Of a stretch of 64,000 nt of DNA, positions 59,748 through 64,000 are shown piece by piece. The notes under the pieces are model-generated. The model worked only from the letters and a program-made list of their open reading frames with translations. It was not told the origin of the DNA and did no database searches. The stretch lies in the IMG/VR virus record IMGVR_UViG_2791355477_000007; one strand, given 5' to 3'. Position numbers and translations under genes: made by a program. Every line of letters starts with the position of its first letter. Positions within the stretch are counted from its first letter, which is position 1. The DNA comes from a virus. Lineage: Duplodnaviria; Heunggongvirae; Uroviricota; Caudoviricetes.

Positions 59748-60077
59748 TTACTCCTCTTCTAATACATTGGGATATTGCCTCATCATTTCATTCATCTCTT
59801 CTTTTGTTAACCCTTCTGATTTTAGCCAATCATTCATATACTCATTTAACTGTTCACGAGTTTTCTTATCGGTTACATCCTTCATAGGTAACGGGATAAT
59901 TCTATAAGCAGTAACTTGTCTGTATTCTCTCGATACCTCCTCAAAAATAGCCAGTCTATCTACCTTGCTATAATCATGCTCTTGAAGGAATTCTTGTAAA
60001 CTCTCCTTATCTTTTGTTCTAAAATACTCCTGCATTTTACGTTTCAACATTATTTTTTTCTCATTTATTGTTTTCAT
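59748..60077 (-). CDS. hypothetical protein (109 aa)
   Basis: N-term resembles that of 59034..59741 (E..K...LQEF..E..YS). Confidence 0.35.
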   Translation of the reverse strand: MKTINEKKIMLKRKMQEYFRTKDKESLQEFLQEHDYSKVDRLAIFEEVSREYRQVTAYRIIPLPMKDVTDKKTREQLNEYMNDWLKSEGLTKEEMNEMMRQYPNVLEEE

Positions 60078-60111
60078 TCGTTGTAAATCCCTTCATCTTT
60101 TTATTTTGTTT

Positions 60112-60597
60112 TTACGAATCCTTACTTTCAGTTAGAATTTTATCAATCCTGACGACTTTATACTTTAAGTAATCTTCATACTTTAGAAACACTGACAATG
60201 TTTCGTTATTTACTTTTACTCGATACATTTTTATTCCTTTTAGCGTACCTTCCTCATTGTCATCCATCTGTAGTTTGTCTTCCTGAACGTTTAATGCGTT
60301 TGCAATGACTTCTCGCTTCGTCTTCTCTACAAGGTTCATTCTCTCTTGAAATAATTCTTTTCCCGTTATCAATGAGTAACCCATCGTTCCTAATACAATA
60401 ATCGCACCCAGACTAACTATCATAAGGCTCCATGTGGCATATAGAGAAATATAATCTGGACCTGGACGCCAATTACATTGAAAATATTCCTTTTTAATAA
60501 AATAAAGAATTGTTGTGAGTATAATAGGGATTACAAATAATCCGATTGCACATACAAATACTTCTATATCTTTGTAATATTCCATACTACATTTCAT
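60112..60597 (-). CDS. hypothetical membrane protein (161 aa)
   Basis: 2 TM helices. Confidence 0.4.
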   Translation of the reverse strand: MKCSMEYYKDIEVFVCAIGLFVIPIILTTILYFIKKEYFQCNWRPGPDYISLYATWSLMIVSLGAIIVLGTMGYSLITGKELFQERMNLVEKTKREVIANALNVQEDKLQMDDNEEGTLKGIKMYRVKVNNETLSVFLKYEDYLKYKVVRIDKILTESKDS

Positions 60598-60991
60598 CTC
60601 CCTTATGCTCTATAACTAATAAGAATAAATAATCATCCCATCCTTGTATGAAAAGTTCGAAACGGCTTTCCTCTTCTGTAAAAGACTGAATTATGATATT
60701 TGCATACGCTTCCATCTCATCTAATTCTTCTGATTCATCAATATATGCTCCATATCTGTGATTCTGTTCACTTGTATACGGTTTCCACGGTAAAACGATT
60801 AATTCATCTCTATGAATGGAAACCTTACTGAAAGTAATCCCTTCACTCATCTCCATATGTAATGTTTGAGAATGAATCTTTCTACCCTCTAACATAGGAT
60901 GTTTTAATATTCGATTTAACAATTCCGATGTTTGTTGCATTCTTTTTTTCACTTCCTTCATCAATTTCGTTTCATAAAATATAGTATACAT
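60587..60991 (-). CDS. hypothetical protein (134 aa)
   Basis: 11-nt overlap with downstream gene; TTGACTATAGTTAA box at 61005 in divergent promoter region. Confidence 0.4.
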   Translation of the reverse strand: MYTIFYETKLMKEVKKRMQQTSELLNRILKHPMLEGRKIHSQTLHMEMSEGITFSKVSIHRDELIVLPWKPYTSEQNHRYGAYIDESEELDEMEAYANIIIQSFTEEESRFELFIQGWDDYLFLLVIEHKGDEM

Positions 60992-61072
60992 TAAAATTTA
61001 TATATTGACTATAGTTAATAAAAGTTGTAAGATATGTTCATACGAAACACGAAAACTTAATAGGAGTGACTG

Positions 61073-61864
61073 TTGATGTTACAAAATATCTTATCAACTT
61101 ATGCGTCTTTCTTTGATTTACATATGTGGAAAGAAGTATTAAGTGACCCTGTAGCCTGGGGCTTAATTGGTAGTTTAGTTCTTTTGGAAGGATTACTTTC
61201 TGCGGATAACGCATTAGTATTAGCCGTTATGGTAAGACATTTACCTGAAGAGCAACGAAAGAAAGCATTAATGTACGGATTATGGGGAGCTTATATCTTC
61301 CGATTTATTGCAATTGGATTAGGTACTTACTTAGTCAAATTTACGATTGTAAAAGTATTTGGAGCACTTTACTTACTTTGGTTATCGTTTAAATTCTTTA
61401 AAGAACGATATATCGACAAAAAAGGTGCAGATAATCCTGAGGATGAAGCCGTAGATGTAAAAGATGGTTTCTTAGCTCGTTATATTGGTGTATTCTGGGC
61501 AACAGTAGCAACAGTAGAGTTAATGGATATCTCATTCTCTGTAGATAGTATCTTAGCTTCATTTGCCGTAAGTAACGAAGTATGGGTACTGTTTATGGGT
61601 GGTGTTTTAGGAATTCTAATGATGCGTGGTATCGCAGGAGTGTTTATTACTATCATTGATAAAATTCCTGAATTAGAAACAACTGCATATGTATTAATTG
61701 CATTCATTGGTTTAAAGATGCTATTAAGTATTGACCAAATCGGTATTGAAATTAATCATACAGCATTCTTCTCTGTAATTATCTTAGCGTTTGTAGGAAC
61801 ATTCATTATTCACTACTTACGAAAAGGTAAATCAGGTGCAAATGAAGAAAAGAAATCAGCGTAA
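61073..61864 (+). CDS. TerC family integral membrane protein
   Basis: LSADNALVLAVMV and later repeat of the motif region typical of TerC/YkoY family; 7-8 TM; terminator hairpin 61872-61916. Confidence 0.75.
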   Translation: MMLQNILSTYASFFDLHMWKEVLSDPVAWGLIGSLVLLEGLLSADNALVLAVMVRHLPEEQRKKALMYGLWGAYIFRFIAIGLGTYLVKFTIVKVFGALYLLWLSFKFFKERYIDKKGADNPEDEAVDVKDGFLARYIGVFWATVATVELMDISFSVDSILASFAVSNEVWVLFMGGVLGILMMRGIAGVFITIIDKIPELETTAYVLIAFIGLKMLLSIDQIGIEINHTAFFSVIILAFVGTFIIHYLRKGKSGANEEKKSA

Positions 61865-62025
61865 TAATCTAAATAGAGTTCAATTGAGTATATCTTCAAT
61901 TTGAACTCTATTTTTATACATTTACACAGTGAACTTTACTTGTTACAATGTTAACCATATTCACATAACTAAATATTTTATTTTAAATTGCTAAGTTTAT
62001 ATGTTGGAAAGGTGGAAATATAATA

Positions 62026-62316
62026 ATGGAAAATGCAATCATCATTGAAAAAATGATTCAACATATCCGACAATACGCTAAAGAAAGAGCGGAATCTGTT
62101 TCAAGAGGTGCTGAAACTCCACATCTCTCAGGACTTCTTCTTCAAAAATATGGTCGTGGAGTAATAGATACTATAAATGAACTTTATTCGACTCCAAGGG
62201 CTTCTGATGAAATATACAAAATTTTAGATGCAGAGACAGCAAAAATTGACCCAGAATGGAAGCTTCATAACAAGCAGAGATGGTCTGGTCATCCCGCAGA
62301 TATATGCATAAAATAA
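62026..62316 (+). CDS. hypothetical protein (96 aa)
   Basis: RBS AAAGGTGGAAA; terminator 62314-62351. Confidence 0.4.
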   Translation: MENAIIIEKMIQHIRQYAKERAESVSRGAETPHLSGLLLQKYGRGVIDTINELYSTPRASDEIYKILDAETAKIDPEWKLHNKQRWSGHPADICIK

Positions 62317-62440
62317 AAAGAGCCCCAATATGGTCGGTGGGCTCTTTTTATTTTGGTAGGTTTTTATAATGATGAAAGAATTTATCAAAGTGATTAATCT
62401 CTACACTCTATATTTTATCATGTGAGCATTTTAATTCAAT

Positions 62441-62776
62441 TCAAATAACGTTCGAGGTAGTGTCTATATGTCCTTGGTTATAATGATTTACAATTAATTC
62501 TCCCATACCACCATTCATTTCTCCTATCCAAATCATAATCTCTTGCAGTTCCTTTGTGTCAGAGACCATATACTTCAATCCATATACCGCTAATTTCCCA
62601 ATGTTTCTTCTATGTTCAAATCCTATAAACTTTAATTCATTTATTAATTTTATAGATAACCCTTTTCTTTTTTCATTAAATTTTTGACCTTTAATAAAGG
62701 GAGTATACACCTTTATTATTTCATCCACTAATACATACAAACCTTGTACTTCATCAGTAGTAGAAATTTGCAACAT
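62441..62776 (-). CDS. hypothetical protein (111 aa)
   Basis: ORF. Confidence 0.35.
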   Translation of the reverse strand: MLQISTTDEVQGLYVLVDEIIKVYTPFIKGQKFNEKRKGLSIKLINELKFIGFEHRRNIGKLAVYGLKYMVSDTKELQEIMIWIGEMNGGMGELIVNHYNQGHIDTTSNVI

Positions 62777-62953
62777 ACATTTATCCCCTCCACAGTCTTA
62801 TATGTATATTATAAACAAATCCACGTCAAAATCAAACGTACGTTCTTTTTGGTAGATATAAAAAAACACAAAGAATGATTCTCTGTGTTTAAAAATTTTT
62901 AGTTTAATGCCAATTCAACATCTTCACCCTTATTATTTATAATAAATAACTAA

Positions 62954-63505
62954 TTATTTTGCGAAAAATCCTGGTAAGAAATCTGTTAATCCATTAGAAG
63001 TCGGATTCGGACCATAAAAACCAAATCGACTTTCAATTACCTCCCCTGATGGATTAAATACTTGATATCCATATACTTGACCTTTTAGATAGTAATCATA
63101 TTGTTTTACTTCTTTCATTAATTCCTGAACAATTTCCTGTTTTAGTACTTTTGATACTCGATTCACTTGATATCTGGTACGAATCATTTCTCTATTAACA
63201 TAAATATATCCTATGTGTCTTGCTAATTCAGTATATTGCACAACACTTATTTCAAGTGTACGACCTTCATGCAGATAGATGGGTAAGATAACCGCATTTT
63301 TATCGTTTATTTCATTTTTAAAATCTGCTTCCGTTTCAAAAGAATGTTCATCACCTAATGTATTCTTTTTATCAAAGCATACAATTCTTCCTAAATTCCC
63401 TCTTTTTTCTCGTGGATTTATAGCTTCTGCATCACCACAAATCGCTACCTTTTCACCGTTGAACTCCATTTGCATACCTTCATATAAATAATAACCTGTC
63501 ATCAC
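62954..63505 (-). CDS. hypothetical protein (183 aa)
   Basis: AAAACAGGTATTTT box 35 nt upstream (minus strand). Confidence 0.4.
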   Translation of the reverse strand: MMTGYYLYEGMQMEFNGEKVAICGDAEAINPREKRGNLGRIVCFDKKNTLGDEHSFETEADFKNEINDKNAVILPIYLHEGRTLEISVVQYTELARHIGYIYVNREMIRTRYQVNRVSKVLKQEIVQELMKEVKQYDYYLKGQVYGYQVFNPSGEVIESRFGFYGPNPTSNGLTDFLPGFFAK

Positions 63506-63805
63506 GAAAACACTCCTCTTTAATCATTTCAAATGTAAAATACCTGTTTTATATATTCGTATTATCATATGGCATTCAAAAAGAGGAAATTCAATAAAAA
63601 AGAAAAGCCGAGACAATTTATCTCAGCTTTCATGACCCTAATATTAGGGTGTTCTTATTTTATATTAATAACATTACGCTTACTTTTCTATCTATCCTTT
63701 ATAAGCTCTCATGCCATAATCCCAAAAACATGAACGTGAATTATTATACCGAATATCATTTAAGCTAAATTCTACTCTTAGAAAGGATTCTAATACAGTA
63801 TAAAA

Positions 63806-64000
63806 TCAATCTGATAATACCAAACGATTATAATCCTCGCCTTTTTGCAGAAATTCATCTTCTCTTAATTTAATATTGATTGTACCCATAATATTCAACT
63901 TTCGATTTACACTAAATTGAATAACACTATCTCGTTCTTCCATCCAGTTATTTAATTTTTCTACAACATCTTTGTCATACACGTTTAACTCATTCATCAT
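63806..64000 (-). CDS. hypothetical protein, N-terminal part beyond window
   Basis: ORF open to right edge. Confidence 0.3.
   Translation of the reverse strand: MMNELNVYDKDVVEKLNNWMEERDSVIQFSVNRKLNIMGTINIKLREDEFLQKGEDYNRLVLSD

Noticed and set aside
60992-61072. yybP-ykoY (Mn2+) riboswitch upstream of the TerC-family gene
   Set aside because: Only ~80 nt of leader with none of the conserved yybP-ykoY motifs. The region instead holds the TTGACTATAGTTAA box.
2588-63552. AGGTATTT box as a sigmaB promoter (-10 GGGTAT)
   Set aside because: No GTTTAA -35 at 13-15 bp upstream in any instance. Left as an unassigned conserved box.

Overview
The window is AT-rich, low-GC Firmicutes DNA, and the gene content fits a Bacillus cereus-group accessory or island region. 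The fit rests on Rpn/YhgA-like PD-(D/E)XK 'transposase' paralogs, a YhaM-like gene, an SPFH protein, a PspA/LiaH-like gene and Bacillus-style ribosome-binding sites. Coding density is high and almost everything is short, lineage-specific ORFs. I could recognise the following: an SPFH/band-7 protein; a DUF262 (ParB-like nuclease domain) protein; a PspA/IM30 homologue followed by a tandem array of at least 15 paralogous small membrane proteins, bracketed by a duplicated ~110-bp terminator+promoter module; a two-gene type I CBASS (CD-NTase plus multi-TM effector); two tandem paralogs with a Tpt1/KptA-like HGT NAD-binding motif; a tyrosine recombinase that abuts an array of degenerate 19-bp repeats; a polymorphic-toxin locus (WXG/LXG-like N-terminus plus colicin-E9-type HNH DNase, with a colicin-DNase immunity protein); an ArdC-like antirestriction protein; two Rpn-family paralogs plus an Rpn C-terminal-module protein; a pair of SprT-like zincins; a YopX-like phage protein; two paralogous small HELGH membrane metalloprotease-like proteins; a YhaM-like OB+HD exonuclease; and a TerC-family membrane protein. 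Many genes occur as adjacent paralog pairs. Three kinds of non-coding structure are not explained by the gene calls. First, four clusters (about 37 units in total) of a degenerate 19-bp repeat (rAACTwwwTGTTATTrrAA) recur every 50-65 bp, and three of them are preceded by a conserved 'GGGGGcTCGAACCgTTTTG-CTATATA' element. Second, a conserved 'AAACAGGTATTT' box sits 32-47 nt upstream of at least 12 start codons. Third, a near-palindromic 'TTGACTATAGTTAA' box lies in 5 promoter regions. No rRNA, tRNA or canonical CRISPR was found. Every functional call is from by-eye motif recognition and should be confirmed by HMM or structure searches.
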